From Myxococcota bacterium (GTDB taxonomy: Bacteria > Myxococcota_A > UBA9160 > SZUA-336), in NCBI GenBank assembly GCA_965247115.1, contig CBDFGR010000002.1, positions 1,344,001-1,408,000 on the forward strand: DNA of 64,000 nucleotides, in the 5' to 3' direction. Both the position numbers and the translations under genes were made by a program. Each line of letters begins with the position of its first letter. Position 1 is the stretch's first letter. Below the pieces are notes generated by a model. The model made no database searches, had not been told where the DNA came from, and saw only the letters and a list, made by a program, of their open reading frames with translations. Below are positions 8,611-18,934 of the stretch, in pieces.

Positions 8611-10020
8611 TTACTCGGCGGCCTGGACGATCTGGTCGATCTGGTCCTTCATCCACCGCGGCTTGCTCCTGGCGTGCTTGCGGACGTAATCCTGGTCGGG
8701 CAGACGGGGATCCGACCAAATCACCAGGGGCTTCTCCCAGGAATAGGTCGTCGGCTCGGGCAGTGGTGTCGTGGTATCGACGATCTCACCGTCCTTCATG
8801 ATGACCTCGAGCCGCTCCGGATCCTGGAGCACCTGGATGTCTGCGAGCGGATCGCCGTCGACCACCAGGATGTCCGCGAGTTTGCCCTCCTCGAGGGTGC
8901 CGATCTGATCCTGCATACCGAGGGCGAAGGCGGCGTTGTAGGTGCCGGCGCGGATCGCCTCCATACTGTTCATGCCGAGATAGTGCATCATGTGCTCCAT
9001 CTCGCGCGCGTGCCAGGCGCCGTAGGGCACCGCCACCTGTCCGCTGTCGGTGCCGGCCATCAGCATGACGCCTTCCTTGTGCGCCTTGGACAGAATCTTG
9101 CTGGCGGCCTCGACCTCGCGCTTGTAGCCGTCCGTGACCATCGGGTGCTGGCCGAGCTCCGGCCCCCACTCGATGGAGTTGACCAGGAGGCTCAATGTCG
9201 GGTTGATCGGCGTCCCGCAGTCGATGACCACGCCCAATTCCTCGTCGTTCATGTAGGAGGCGTGGATCAGCCAGTCGAACCCGGCGCGGGCCGCGGCGGC
9301 TGTCTTCTCGCCGGAGCGGGCGTGGATCGTACAGGTTTTCTGCATTAGGTGCGTCACTTCCGAGATGGCGCGGAGATCGTCCTCGGTGATGCTGCCGACC
9401 AGCGCCATGCCCGATGGCGTCGAGGTATCACCATCGCCCGACACCTTGACGATATCGACTCCGTTTTTAATCTCCTCCCGCGTTTGCGCGATCATCTCGT
9501 CCCGCGTGTTGCAGAGCACGGCAAAGGAGGATTTCGGATGCTCCATCGAGGTCGGGAAGAACGAACCGGTCCCGTTCCATGTGGAGATGTAGTGACTGCC
9601 GGCGGCGATGCGCGGCCCTTCGATCAGGCCCGAGTTGACGGCGTCACGCAGCGCGACGTTGATGTTCCAGTTGCCGCCCGGACAGGCCATGGCGGTGACC
9701 CCGGCCCGCAACACCTTGCGACAGGCGAGCGCGGCACGCAGGGTGCGGTACTCGACGCCCGTGTAGAGCTCGAGCGCCTCGATGGACGTGATATCGCCGT
9801 AGGACGGGTGGACGTGGCAGTCGACGATGCCCGGCATGATCGTCCGCCCGGAGGCGTCTATCGTCTTGTAGACGCCCTTCGTGTCCGCGAAGGCCTTGAC
9901 CTTCTCCTTCGGCCCGGTCTTGGCGATGCGATTGCCTTCGACGAAGACGGACGAGTTGGGCGAGAGCTTGCTCCCGGTCACATCGAGGAGCTTGCCGTTC
10001 TCGATCAGATAGTCGGCCAT
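8611..10020 (-). CDS. Amidohydrolase family protein (Xaa-Pro dipeptidase-like)
   Basis: MPGIVDCHVH, AGTDSG, GKLADILVVDGDPL; AGGAGG SD before ATG 10020. Confidence 0.85.
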   Translation of the reverse strand: MADYLIENGKLLDVTGSKLSPNSSVFVEGNRIAKTGPKEKVKAFADTKGVYKTIDASGRTIMPGIVDCHVHPSYGDITSIEALELYTGVEYRTLRAALACRKVLRAGVTAMACPGGNWNINVALRDAVNSGLIEGPRIAAGSHYISTWNGTGSFFPTSMEHPKSSFAVLCNTRDEMIAQTREEIKNGVDIVKVSGDGDTSTPSGMALVGSITEDDLRAISEVTHLMQKTCTIHARSGEKTAAAARAGFDWLIHASYMNDEELGVVIDCGTPINPTLSLLVNSIEWGPELGQHPMVTDGYKREVEAASKILSKAHKEGVMLMAGTDSGQVAVPYGAWHAREMEHMMHYLGMNSMEAIRAGTYNAAFALGMQDQIGTLEEGKLADILVVDGDPLADIQVLQDPERLEVIMKDGEIVDTTTPLPEPTTYSWEKPLVIWSDPRLPDQDYVRKHARSKPRWMKDQIDQIVQAAE

Positions 10021-10153
10021 GTTCTGATCCTCCTTGGCGTGCCCGATCAGGGCCGACCGCAGCCTATCCCGTCGGGCGACGAGTTTTGACAGTATCACGA
10101 GCGCCCCCTCCCACTCGTCTGTTTCTGCGAGATGGAGCGCCGAGCCAACTATC

Positions 10154-10231
10154 TGGTGTCCCCAGGGGGATTTGAACCCCCGTTACCGGCGTGAAAGGCC
10201 GGGGTCCTGGGCCAGGCTAGACGATGGGGAC
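10154..10231 (-). tRNA. tRNA-Glu (TTC)
   Basis: GTCCCCATCGTCTAG...CCGGC-CTTTCAC-GCCGG...GGTTCAAATCC...GGGGACACCA; encoded CCA. Confidence 0.97.
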
Positions 10232-10301
10232 GAGAGGTCGGGCAAGGTAGCCACGGGCTCACGGAGCCGTCAATCGAACCTGGTCTACTGGGCGGAGAAG
10301 A

Positions 10302-10985
10302 TCAGGACAGAGCTTCGGCGCATTGGGGGCACAGGGTAGATCCGGGGCGGCCGGTGGCGGAGATGCCGAGGTAGCCCTGGTCGCCACGGGCCAGCGAGCG
10401 GGAGCAACCCTCACAGGTCTTGCCGACGTTCAGCACGAAGGGCTGCCAGCCGACAATGCCGGGGAAGTCGGGGACCTCCGGCCGGCTCGCTGCCTGCTCG
10501 GGCTCCTGCTCGCCCGAGACTGGAGTCTCTGGAGCGGGCTCCGCCCCGGAGCCTCGGCTCTCGGACCACGGTCGCGACTCCCTCGAAGCTTCTGCTCTGG
10601 TGCGGGCTTCGCGGCTGCGATCCCTGGCCTCGCGTCTGGCGCGCCGAACGCGCTCGCGAGCGCCCTGGACGGCCTCTCCGGCCTGCTCGCGCCAATCGTC
10701 AGAAAAGCGCTCCCGAAAGCCCTGGGCCTCGTCCACCACGTCGTTCACCAGGTCCCCGATGCTCTCGGTCACGCTTTCGACTACTTCGAAGGCATCCTCG
10801 AGCAGGTTCCGGACGAGGTTCGAGACCGGCACGCGCAGGTCCTCTGAGGCCCGCCGCAGGGCTTCGTCGAGATCCTCGGAGATCCTGGTGTGCATCACCC
10901 TCTCCTTGCGGCGCCGTCGATGGCGGTGCCTGCCGCGGTGCGACCTCTCCTCTCCGCTGCTGCTGTCTCGTCGATCTTCATACAT
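10302..10985 (-). CDS. Hypothetical protein: ribbon-helix-helix-like N-domain, coiled linker, C-terminal CxxC...CxxC Zn finger
   Basis: VMHTRISEDLDEALRRASEDLRVPVSNLVRNLL (CopG/RHH pattern); CEGC and CPQC. Confidence 0.6.
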   Translation of the reverse strand: MYEDRRDSSSGEERSHRGRHRHRRRRKERVMHTRISEDLDEALRRASEDLRVPVSNLVRNLLEDAFEVVESVTESIGDLVNDVVDEAQGFRERFSDDWREQAGEAVQGARERVRRARREARDRSREARTRAEASRESRPWSESRGSGAEPAPETPVSGEQEPEQAASRPEVPDFPGIVGWQPFVLNVGKTCEGCSRSLARGDQGYLGISATGRPGSTLCPQCAEALS

Positions 10986-11129
10986 GTATCTCTTTGTATC
11001 ACATCGTGAGACATACGCAACGCGCGCGCAGGGGCGGGGGTCCAGCTCCGCTCAACTGGCGCCAGGCGGGGCCGATAAGGACATCAGGCGGGTCCGGGAG
11101 GACGGCCAGCCGCAGGAGCTCACAGAGAC

Positions 11130-11930
11130 ATGGCTATCGGAATCCGACCCGCTTCGCGCAGCAACGCACTCGACAGGACCCAGGAAGCCCTGAAGAAGAC
11201 TTTCGAGCAGCTGAGCTCGCTCAAGCGGATCAACAGGGCACAGGACGACGCCGCCGGTCTTGCGATCTCGGAGAATCTGCGGGCCGCCGAGCGCAGCTTT
11301 GCGCAGGGAGAGCGCAACCTGGCGGACGGCATCTCGGTCGCGCGCACCGCCGAAGGCGGCCTGAGCAACATCTCGGACTCCTTGGTCCGCATGCGGGAGC
11401 TCTCCGTCCAGGCCGGAAACGGCGCCCTCGACGACTCCGCTCGAGCGGCCATCCAGACCGAGTTCGACTCGCTGAGCGCAGAGATCACGCGCACCGCCGG
11501 CGCCACGCAGTTCGCCGGGCGCGGCCTGCTGAACGGCGAGAGCGCCTCTCCAGACTCGATTCAGCTGCGTGACGGGACGGGCGGCGAGGTCCTGGAGATC
11601 TCCCTCGACAGTGCCAGCGCAGCCTCGCTCGGGGTGGAAGGGCTCGACGCCTCCGACCCGGCGTCGCTCGAGGCCATCGACCAGGCGCTCTCGAGCGTCT
11701 CGTCCGCGCGAGGCAACCTGGGCGCCGTCGAGAGTCGCCTGGAATCGGGCATCCGCAACCTCCAGAATGCGCGCGAGAACACCGCGGCCGCAAAGTCGCG
11801 GATCACGGACGTGGACGTTGCGGAGGCCGCGGCCGAGCTGACCAAGCAGCAGATCCTGCAGGAGATGCAGCTCTCGGTCGAGACGCAGGCCAACATTTCG
11901 GCCGGCTTCGCCCTTCAGTTGTTGCGCTAG
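11130..11930 (+). CDS. Flagellin-family protein (short, no outer variable domain)
   Basis: LSSLKRINRAQDDAAGLAISE, RMRELSVQAGNG, RGNLGAVESRLE, SRITDVDVA: conserved flagellin N- and C-domains. Confidence 0.9.
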   Translation: MAIGIRPASRSNALDRTQEALKKTFEQLSSLKRINRAQDDAAGLAISENLRAAERSFAQGERNLADGISVARTAEGGLSNISDSLVRMRELSVQAGNGALDDSARAAIQTEFDSLSAEITRTAGATQFAGRGLLNGESASPDSIQLRDGTGGEVLEISLDSASAASLGVEGLDASDPASLEAIDQALSSVSSARGNLGAVESRLESGIRNLQNARENTAAAKSRITDVDVAEAAAELTKQQILQEMQLSVETQANISAGFALQLLR

Positions 11931-11948
11931 GCCGCTAGCTTCTGGGGC

Positions 11949-12266
11949 GTGAGCTCCAACGAGGCAGCCTTCTCCGTGGGCCAGCTGGTTCGCCACCGGC
12001 TGTTCGGCTACCGAGGCGTCGTCTACGACGTCGACGCCAGCTTCCTGCTGTCGGACGAGTGGTACGAGCAGGTGGCGCGCTCACGCCCGCCGAAGGACCG
12101 GCCGTGGTACCACGTGCTAGTCGACACAGGGAGCCAAACGACGTACGTCGCGCAGCGCAATCTGGAGGCGGACGAGAGCAGCGAGCCGATCGATCACCCA
12201 CTGGTGCCGCAGCTGTTCGGGCGATTTCGGGAAGGGCGCTACGAACCCGGTCGGAAGCTAAACTAG
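11949..12266 (+). CDS. hspQ: Heat shock protein HspQ (YccV family)
   Basis: FSVGQLVRHRLFGYRGVVYDVD, PWYHVLV, TYVAQRNL. Confidence 0.9.
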   Translation: MSSNEAAFSVGQLVRHRLFGYRGVVYDVDASFLLSDEWYEQVARSRPPKDRPWYHVLVDTGSQTTYVAQRNLEADESSEPIDHPLVPQLFGRFREGRYEPGRKLN

Positions 12267-13618
12267 GAGCCGGCGACGGTCATGCGCGCGATGCGCACGG
12301 CCGGAGAGGCGACGGCGCCAAACCAGCGCAGCTCCCGGCCGACGGCGTCGATGCCCGTCAGCATCTCCCCGAAGTTGCCAGCGATCGTGATCTCATCCAC
12401 GGGGCCCGTGATCTCCCCGTTCTCGATCCAGAGCCCCGCCGCTCCCCGCGAGTAGTCGCCGGTCACGGGGTTGAAGCCGAAGCCGATCAGCTCGGTCACG
12501 AGCAGCCCTCTATCGGTGCCTGCGATGATCTCGTCCTCTGTCAGATTGCCGGGCTCCAGCCAGAGGTTCGTGGTGGAGGCGCTCGGACCACTGCCCGCAC
12601 TGCGTGCCGCACTGCCGGTCGACGCGAGCTCGAGCTTGCGGGCCGAGTAGCTGTCGAGCAGGTAGGTCTCGAGCACACCGCGCTCCACGATCACGTTCCG
12701 CCGCGTAGGCTGGCCCTCGGCGTCGAACGGCTTGCTGCCAAGATGTCCCGACAGGCGACCGTCGTCGATGATCGTAATGCCGTCGCTCGCGATGGTCTCG
12801 CCGAGCTTGCCCGCAAGAAACGAGGTTCCGCGGTACACGGAGTAGCCGTTGACGCACTGCGCGAGCTGACGCAGCAGGCTGGGAGCGGTCAGCGCATCGA
12901 AGATGACAGGAACCTCGCAAGTCGCAACGGCCTTTGCGCCAAGGCGGCGCAGCGCGCGCTCGGCCGCGTGCCGACCGACGCTCGCAGGCTCTTCCAGATC
13001 TCCGAGCTTGCGGGCCACCGTCATCCAGTAGTCGCGCTGCATCGTGCCGTTCTCGCGCGCGAGCGGCTCGCTGAACATCGAGTGGTGCGCCGACTCGTAC
13101 TCGCCAAGGAATCCCGCCGTGTTCGCGTAGGCGACGTGCGAGAAGCTCGCGCTCACCTGGCTCCCTTCCGAGTTCACGATGCGCAGATCGAGCGCGCGGG
13201 CCGCCTCCTCTGCGAGCCGCGCTGCAGCGATGCGCTCGTCTGCCTCGACGGGGCGATCGGTCGGCTCGAACAGATCGAGGTCCGGAACGTCGCTCGCGAA
13301 GCCAGCGTCGGGGAGCCCGGCCATCGGATCCTCTTCGGTTGCCTTCGCCAGGGCGATGGTCTCTTCCGCGATATGCCCGACCACGTCCGGCGACAGGTCA
13401 GACGTGGAGGTGAGCGCGGTGCGCAGACCGGACTTGCCCTGCACGAAGGCGCGCAGCCCCAGCGTCTTGTCGCGCGCCTGCTTCACAAAATCGATCTCGG
13501 ACCCGCGCACCCGGGCCTCGAGGACTTCGCCCGAGACCAGGACCGCGTCCGCAGCCGAGGCGCCCGCGCGCCGTACTGTCGCCAGTGCGAGCTCGAGCGA
13601 GTCGCTCTCGAACGACAT
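12263..13618 (-). CDS. pmbA: TldD/PmbA family protein PmbA (TldE)
   Basis: PFDAEG, NPVTGDYSRGAAG, EITIAGN; lacks HExxxH; directly downstream of tldD. Confidence 0.88.
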   Translation of the reverse strand: MSFESDSLELALATVRRAGASAADAVLVSGEVLEARVRGSEIDFVKQARDKTLGLRAFVQGKSGLRTALTSTSDLSPDVVGHIAEETIALAKATEEDPMAGLPDAGFASDVPDLDLFEPTDRPVEADERIAAARLAEEAARALDLRIVNSEGSQVSASFSHVAYANTAGFLGEYESAHHSMFSEPLARENGTMQRDYWMTVARKLGDLEEPASVGRHAAERALRRLGAKAVATCEVPVIFDALTAPSLLRQLAQCVNGYSVYRGTSFLAGKLGETIASDGITIIDDGRLSGHLGSKPFDAEGQPTRRNVIVERGVLETYLLDSYSARKLELASTGSAARSAGSGPSASTTNLWLEPGNLTEDEIIAGTDRGLLVTELIGFGFNPVTGDYSRGAAGLWIENGEITGPVDEITIAGNFGEMLTGIDAVGRELRWFGAVASPAVRIARMTVAGS

Positions 13619-13620
13619 GT

Positions 13621-15075
13621 CTAGCCCTCCGTGCCGCCGACGGTAAGCCCGTCGATCCGAAGAGTCGGAAGGCCCACACCCACGGGAACGCCCTGGCCTT
13701 CCTTGCCGCAGGTCCCGATGCCAAGGTCGAGTTCCAGATCGTGGCCGATGCGGCTCACGCGCATGAGCACGTCAGGCCCGTTGCCGATGAGCGTGGCGCC
13801 CTTGAGCGGCGCACCGATGCGTCCGTCCTCGATCCTGTAGGCCTCGCTGGCCGAGAATACGAATTTCCCGCTCGTGATATCGACCTGCCCACCGCCGAAC
13901 GAGACGGCGTAGACGCCGTTCTGGACCGAGCGGATGATGTCCTCGGGATCCTCCGTGCCGGCGAGCATGAACGTGTTCGTCATGCGCGGCATGGGTAGAT
14001 GCTCGTAGCTCTCCCTGCGCCCGTTCCCGGTCGGCTCCATCCCCATCAAGCGCGCGTTCAGCCGGTCCTGGAGGTAGCCCCGGAGAATGCCGTCTTCGAT
14101 CAAGACGTTCCGCTGGGTCGGCGTGCCCTCGTCGTCGACGTTCAACGAGCCCCGCCGCGCCGCGATCGTCCCGTCGTCGATCACGGTGACGCCCGGAGCC
14201 GCAACGCGCTCGCCGAGCCGATCCGTAAAGGCCGAGGTCTTCTTGCGATTGAAATCACCTTCGAGGCCATGGCCGATGGCCTCGTGCAGCAGGATGCCGG
14301 GCCAGCCAGGTCCGAGCACGACATCGAGTGTGCCCGCGGGGCACGGCACGGACTCCAGATTCGTCAGCGCGAGGCGGACGGCGTCGTCGATGAGCGGCTT
14401 CCAGGACGCCGGATCCTCGAGCCGTTCGAGCTCGTAGCGCCCCCCCATGCCCTGCATCCCCACCTCGCGCCGCTTGCCGTCGAGCGCCACGACTTGCACG
14501 TTCAGGCGCACGAGCGGGCGGATGTCTCCGACCAGCTCCCCCTCGCTGTCGGCCATGAGCACGTGCTTCTGCTCGCAGGTCAGGCTCGCCATGACCTCCT
14601 GCACTCTCGAGTCACGGCTGCGCGCGTACCTGTCGATCTGCGTGAGCAGCCCCACCTTTCTCTCGACGGGAGCCTCCGTGCCAGGCTGGGCGACGGGATA
14701 CAGGTCCTGGCGCGGCGCGCCGGACCCGCGCACCGCCAGCGAACGCTCCGCCCCCTGGCCCTCCGCGATCGCCCGAGCCGTCGAGGCTGCGAGCTGGACG
14801 GAGTCCACGGTGATCTCGTCGGAGTGTGCGTAGCCCTGGCGTTCTCCGCTCGTGGCACGGACGCCCACGCCCTGCTCCAGGTGGCGGCTGCCGCCCTTCA
14901 CGATGCCTTCCTCGAGCAACACCGAGTCGCTCGTCGTGTACTCGAAGTACAGATCCGCTCGATCGACAGGACGCTCCAGCGCGGTATCGAGGGCGGAGGT
15001 CAGGCTGCGGTCGTCCAGCCCGAAGCGCTCCCGGAAGAACGGCAGGGGGGTGATCGAGGGCGCGGAGTCGGACAT
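13621..15075 (-). CDS. tldD: Metalloprotease TldD
   Basis: GILLHEAIGHGLEGDFNRK, PMPRMTNT, CGKEGQGVPVGVG; GGAGG SD before ATG 15075. Confidence 0.95.
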   Translation of the reverse strand: MSDSAPSITPLPFFRERFGLDDRSLTSALDTALERPVDRADLYFEYTTSDSVLLEEGIVKGGSRHLEQGVGVRATSGERQGYAHSDEITVDSVQLAASTARAIAEGQGAERSLAVRGSGAPRQDLYPVAQPGTEAPVERKVGLLTQIDRYARSRDSRVQEVMASLTCEQKHVLMADSEGELVGDIRPLVRLNVQVVALDGKRREVGMQGMGGRYELERLEDPASWKPLIDDAVRLALTNLESVPCPAGTLDVVLGPGWPGILLHEAIGHGLEGDFNRKKTSAFTDRLGERVAAPGVTVIDDGTIAARRGSLNVDDEGTPTQRNVLIEDGILRGYLQDRLNARLMGMEPTGNGRRESYEHLPMPRMTNTFMLAGTEDPEDIIRSVQNGVYAVSFGGGQVDITSGKFVFSASEAYRIEDGRIGAPLKGATLIGNGPDVLMRVSRIGHDLELDLGIGTCGKEGQGVPVGVGLPTLRIDGLTVGGTEG

Positions 15076-15258
15076 GCTTCCTCCCTTCGAGACGCGAGCA
15101 ACGTAGCACTTCCCGAAGCTCCGCCGGAATGACAGACTCGCCAGCTGCGGATTCCGAAGGATCGTCGACGCTCGCCGCACCGTGCACAACCGGGCGATTT
15201 CGGGTGCTGCGTTGCAGGAGTTTCCGACGTATCATCGCCGATCTCGGAGGCCCACCGG

Positions 15259-18200
15259 ATGAGTGCGCGCTCACGCCAACCCGAGATCGAAGAGCTCCTG
15301 GAACGCCGGATCCTGGTCGTGGACGGCGCGATGGGAACCCTCATCCAGGACTACGCGCTCGACGAGGCGAGCTTTCGCGGCGAGCGTTTTGCGGATCACC
15401 CCATCGACCTCAGGGGCGACGGGGAGGTTCTGGTCCTGACGCAGCCCGACGTGATCGAGGAGATCCATGTCAAGTACCTCGAGGCGGGAGCGGACATCAT
15501 CTCCACCGACACCTTCAGCGGGACCTCGATCGCGCAGGCTGAGTTCGGGCTCGCGACCCACGCGTACGAGCTGAGCAAGGGCGCTGCCGAGATCGCGCGC
15601 CGCGCCTGCGTCGAGGTCGGCACGGCCGAACGCCCCCGGTTTGCGGCGGGCTCCATGGGGCCGCTTCCAAAGACGCTCTCGGTAGGAACCGACGTCGAGG
15701 ATCCGGCAGCTCGCCAGGTGAGCTTCGAGCAGGTTCACGCCACCTACGCCGAGCAGGCGCGAGGCCTGATTGACGGGGGGATCGATCTGCTGCTGATCGA
15801 GACGGTCTTCGACTCCCTCAACTGCAAGGCGGCGCTGGCGGCAGTTCGCGACGTGTTCGACGAGATGGGTGTCGAGCTGCCGTTGATGGTCTCGGTGACC
15901 TTCGGAGATCTCAGCGGCCGGAACCTCTCGGGTCAGCAGATTGACGCGTTTCTGTCGACCGTCGAGCATGCGAAACCGCTCAGTGTCGGCCTAAACTGCG
16001 GGCTTGGCGCGGCCGAGGTTCGGCCCTACGTCGCGGAGCTCTCCGAGATCTGCCCGACCTACGTGAGCTGCCATCCGAACGCGGGACTGCCGAACGCACT
16101 CGGCGAGTACGACCAGTCGCCAGAGGCGATGGGAGCGTTGCTGGCCGAGTTCGCCGAGAGCGGACTCGTGAACATCGTGGGAGGCTGCTGCGGGACCGCG
16201 CCGGAGCACATCCACGCGATCTGTACGGCGGTCGAAGGCATCCCGCCGCGAGTCGTTCCGGTGTTCGAGGAGAGACACACTCACTTCAGCGGCCTCGAGA
16301 ACTTCGTGATCCGGCCCGAGTCGAACTTCGTCGTCATCGGCGAACGCACTAACGTCACCGGCTCCCGACGCTTCGCGAACCTGATCCGCAACGACGACTT
16401 TGCCGGCGCCCTCGACGTGGCCTTCGATCAGGTCCGCGGCGGCGCGAACCTGATCGACGTGAACATGGACGATGCCATGCTCGACGCCGAGCAGGCCATG
16501 ACCCGCTTCCTGAACCTGGTCGCGAGCGAGCCCGAAATCGCCCGCATCCCGGTGATGGTCGACAGCTCCAAGTGGTCCGTGATCGAGGCCGGGCTGAAGT
16601 GCCTTCAGGGCAAGTCGATCGTGAACTCGCTCAGCCTGAAGGAGGGCGAGCAGGACTTCCTCGAGAAAGCGCGGCTGGCGAGGCGCTACGGTGCGGCAGT
16701 CGTCGTCATGGCCTTCGACGAGCAGGGCCAGGCGGAGACCGTCGAGCGCAAGCTCGCGATCTGCGAGCGGGTATACGCCCTCCTGACGGAGCAGGCCGGC
16801 TTCGAGGCCGAAGACATCATCTTCGACCCCAACGTGCTCGCGATCGGAACGGGGATCGAGGAGCACGCGAACTTTGGCAAGAACTTCATCGAGGCAACCA
16901 GACGCATCAAGGAGAGCTGCCCCGGTGTAAAGGTGAGCGGTGGAGTGAGCAACCTGTCCTTCTCGTTCCGCGGTAACGACGCCGTGCGCGAGGCCATCCA
17001 CTCCGCCTTCCTGTATCACGCGATTCGGGCGGGCATGGACATGGGGATCGTGAATGCGGGACAGCTCGCCCTCTACCAGGACATTCCGCCCGAGCTGCTC
17101 GAGCGTGTCGAGGACCTGATCTTCAACCGACGCGAGGACGCAACGGAGCGGTTGGTCGAGTTCGCCGAGTCGGTGAAAGGCGGGCCGACGAAGCGCGAGG
17201 TGGACCTCAGCTGGCGCGAGGGCACGGTAGCCGAGCGCCTCCAGTACGCGCTCGTTCACGGCGTAGTGGACTTCATCGTGGAGGACACCGAGGAGGCGCG
17301 TCTCGCCTGCGCACGACCGCTCGACGTGATCGAGGGTCCGCTGATGGACGGCATGAAGGTCGTGGGCGACCTCTTCGGCGCCGGCAAGATGTTCCTACCG
17401 CAAGTCGTGAAGAGCGCGCGGGCCATGAAGAAGGCCGTCGCCCACCTAGATCCCTTCATGCAAGACGAGAAGACCGAGAGCACGTCTCAGGGCAAGATCG
17501 TGGTCGGGACGGTCAAGGGAGACGTGCACGACATTGGCAAGAACATCGTCGGCGTGGTGCTGGCCTGCAACAACTACGAGGTCATCGATCTCGGCGTCAT
17601 GGTCCAGTGCGAAAAGTTCCTGCAGACGGCACGTGACCAAGACTGCGACGTGATCGGCCTGTCCGGACTGATCACACCCTCCCTCGACGAGATGGTTCAC
17701 GTCGCGGGCGAGCTGGAGCGCCAGGGCTTCGAGCAGCCCTTGCTGATCGGAGGCGCGACCACGAGCACCCAACACACCGCGGTCAAGATCGCCCCCCAGT
17801 ACTCGAACTCCACGGTGCACGTGACGGACGCGTCGCGCGTAATCGGTGTGATGTCGAACCTGCTCCGTCCCGAGCGACTAGATGAATTCGATGCAAAGAA
17901 CCGGGCCAGCCAGGAGCGCCTCCGCATTGCACACGGCTCGCGCGAACGCCGTCCGTCGATCCCTTACGGGGAGGCGCGTACCAGGCGCTTCAGCAGCGAC
18001 GACTGGGCTGCTGCTGTCGCGGTTCCGGAGTTCACGGGCCGACGTGTCGTGGATGGGGTCAAGCTCGCCGAGATTGCAGAGTACATCGACTGGACCTTCT
18101 TCTTCACGGCATGGGAGCTCAAGGGACGCTTCCCAGCAATTCTCGAGAGCAGCCGCTACGGCCCCGCAGCGCGAGAGCTCTACGACGACGGACGCGAGCT

Positions 18201-18933
18201 GCTGCAGAAGATCATCGCTGGCAAACGCTTGATGGCGCGCGCGGTCTACGGCTTTTGGCCGGCCAACAGTGAGGGCGACGACGTCGCGCTATACGAGAGT
18301 GCCGATCGTCAGGTCGAGCTGGCGCGCTTTCCCATGCTGCGACAGCAGCGCGTACAGCGGGAGCAAGATCCCTGCTACTCGCTCGCGGACTTTGTCGCGC
18401 CCCGGGAGAGCGGGGTCATCGATTACGTGGGCGCCTTCGCGGTCACAACGGGGCTCGGGGCGGAGGAGCTCACTGTCGAGTACGAGCGGGATCACGACGA
18501 TTATCACGCAATCATGGTCAAGGCACTGGCGGACCGACTCGCCGAGGCCTACGCCGAGCTGCTGCATACTCGTGCGCGCGCAGAGTGGGGCTCCGCCCCG
18601 GACGAGAGGCTGGACCTGCAGGACATGATCGCAGAGCGCTACCGGGGTATCCGACCCGCGCTGGGCTATCCGGCCTGCCCCGATCACAGTCAGAAGGAGC
18701 AGCTTTTCCAGCTGCTGTGCGCGCGCGAGATCGGTCTCGATCTCACGGAGAGCTACGCGATGACTCCCGCCGCCAGCGTGAGCGGGCTCTACCTCGCCCA
18801 CCCGCGGGCCCGCTACTTCTCCGTCGGGCGCGCGGATCGTGACCAGGTCGAAGACTACGCAAAACGCAAGGGCGTCACCGTGGCAGAGGTGGAACGCTGG
18901 CTCACCGCGAACCTCGCCTACACGCCCGACTAG
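15259..18933 (+). CDS. metH: Cobalamin-dependent methionine synthase
   Basis: DGAMGT, LNC, GGCCGT (Zn ligands), [15 protein letters not shown] (B12), [12 protein letters not shown] activation domain; 1224 aa. Confidence 0.97.
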   Translation: MSARSRQPEIEELLERRILVVDGAMGTLIQDYALDEASFRGERFADHPIDLRGDGEVLVLTQPDVIEEIHVKYLEAGADIISTDTFSGTSIAQAEFGLATHAYELSKGAAEIARRACVEVGTAERPRFAAGSMGPLPKTLSVGTDVEDPAARQVSFEQVHATYAEQARGLIDGGIDLLLIETVFDSLNCKAALAAVRDVFDEMGVELPLMVSVTFGDLSGRNLSGQQIDAFLSTVEHAKPLSVGLNCGLGAAEVRPYVAELSEICPTYVSCHPNAGLPNALGEYDQSPEAMGALLAEFAESGLVNIVGGCCGTAPEHIHAICTAVEGIPPRVVPVFEERHTHFSGLENFVIRPESNFVVIGERTNVTGSRRFANLIRNDDFAGALDVAFDQVRGGANLIDVNMDDAMLDAEQAMTRFLNLVASEPEIARIPVMVDSSKWSVIEAGLKCLQGKSIVNSLSLKEGEQDFLEKARLARRYGAAVVVMAFDEQGQAETVERKLAICERVYALLTEQAGFEAEDIIFDPNVLAIGTGIEEHANFGKNFIEATRRIKESCPGVKVSGGVSNLSFSFRGNDAVREAIHSAFLYHAIRAGMDMGIVNAGQLALYQDIPPELLERVEDLIFNRREDATERLVEFAESVKGGPTKREVDLSWREGTVAERLQYALVHGVVDFIVEDTEEARLACARPLDVIEGPLMDGMKVVGDLFGAGKMFLPQVVKSARAMKKAVAHLDPFMQDEKTESTSQGKIVVGTVKGDVHDIGKNIVGVVLACNNYEVIDLGVMVQCEKFLQTARDQDCDVIGLSGLITPSLDEMVHVAGELERQGFEQPLLIGGATTSTQHTAVKIAPQYSNSTVHVTDASRVIGVMSNLLRPERLDEFDAKNRASQERLRIAHGSRERRPSIPYGEARTRRFSSDDWAAAVAVPEFTGRRVVDGVKLAEIAEYIDWTFFFTAWELKGRFPAILESSRYGPAARELYDDGRELLQKIIAGKRLMARAVYGFWPANSEGDDVALYESADRQVELARFPMLRQQRVQREQDPCYSLADFVAPRESGVIDYVGAFAVTTGLGAEELTVEYERDHDDYHAIMVKALADRLAEAYAELLHTRARAEWGSAPDERLDLQDMIAERYRGIRPALGYPACPDHSQKEQLFQLLCAREIGLDLTESYAMTPAASVSGLYLAHPRARYFSVGRADRDQVEDYAKRKGVTVAEVERWLTANLAYTPD

Positions 18934-18934
18934 G

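Noticed and set aside
10100..10300. tRNA-Glu (and tRNA-Lys at 39075) as integration sites of an island
   Set aside because: No integrase and no duplicated tRNA 3' end noticed in the window
11130..15075. Flagellin as a TldD/PmbA-processed precursor system
   Set aside because: Only proximity supports it; the genes are convergent and tldDE is a widespread housekeeping pair
15076..15258. Cobalamin or SAM riboswitch upstream of metH
   Set aside because: No B12-box or S-box consensus recognisable in the short divergent intergenic region
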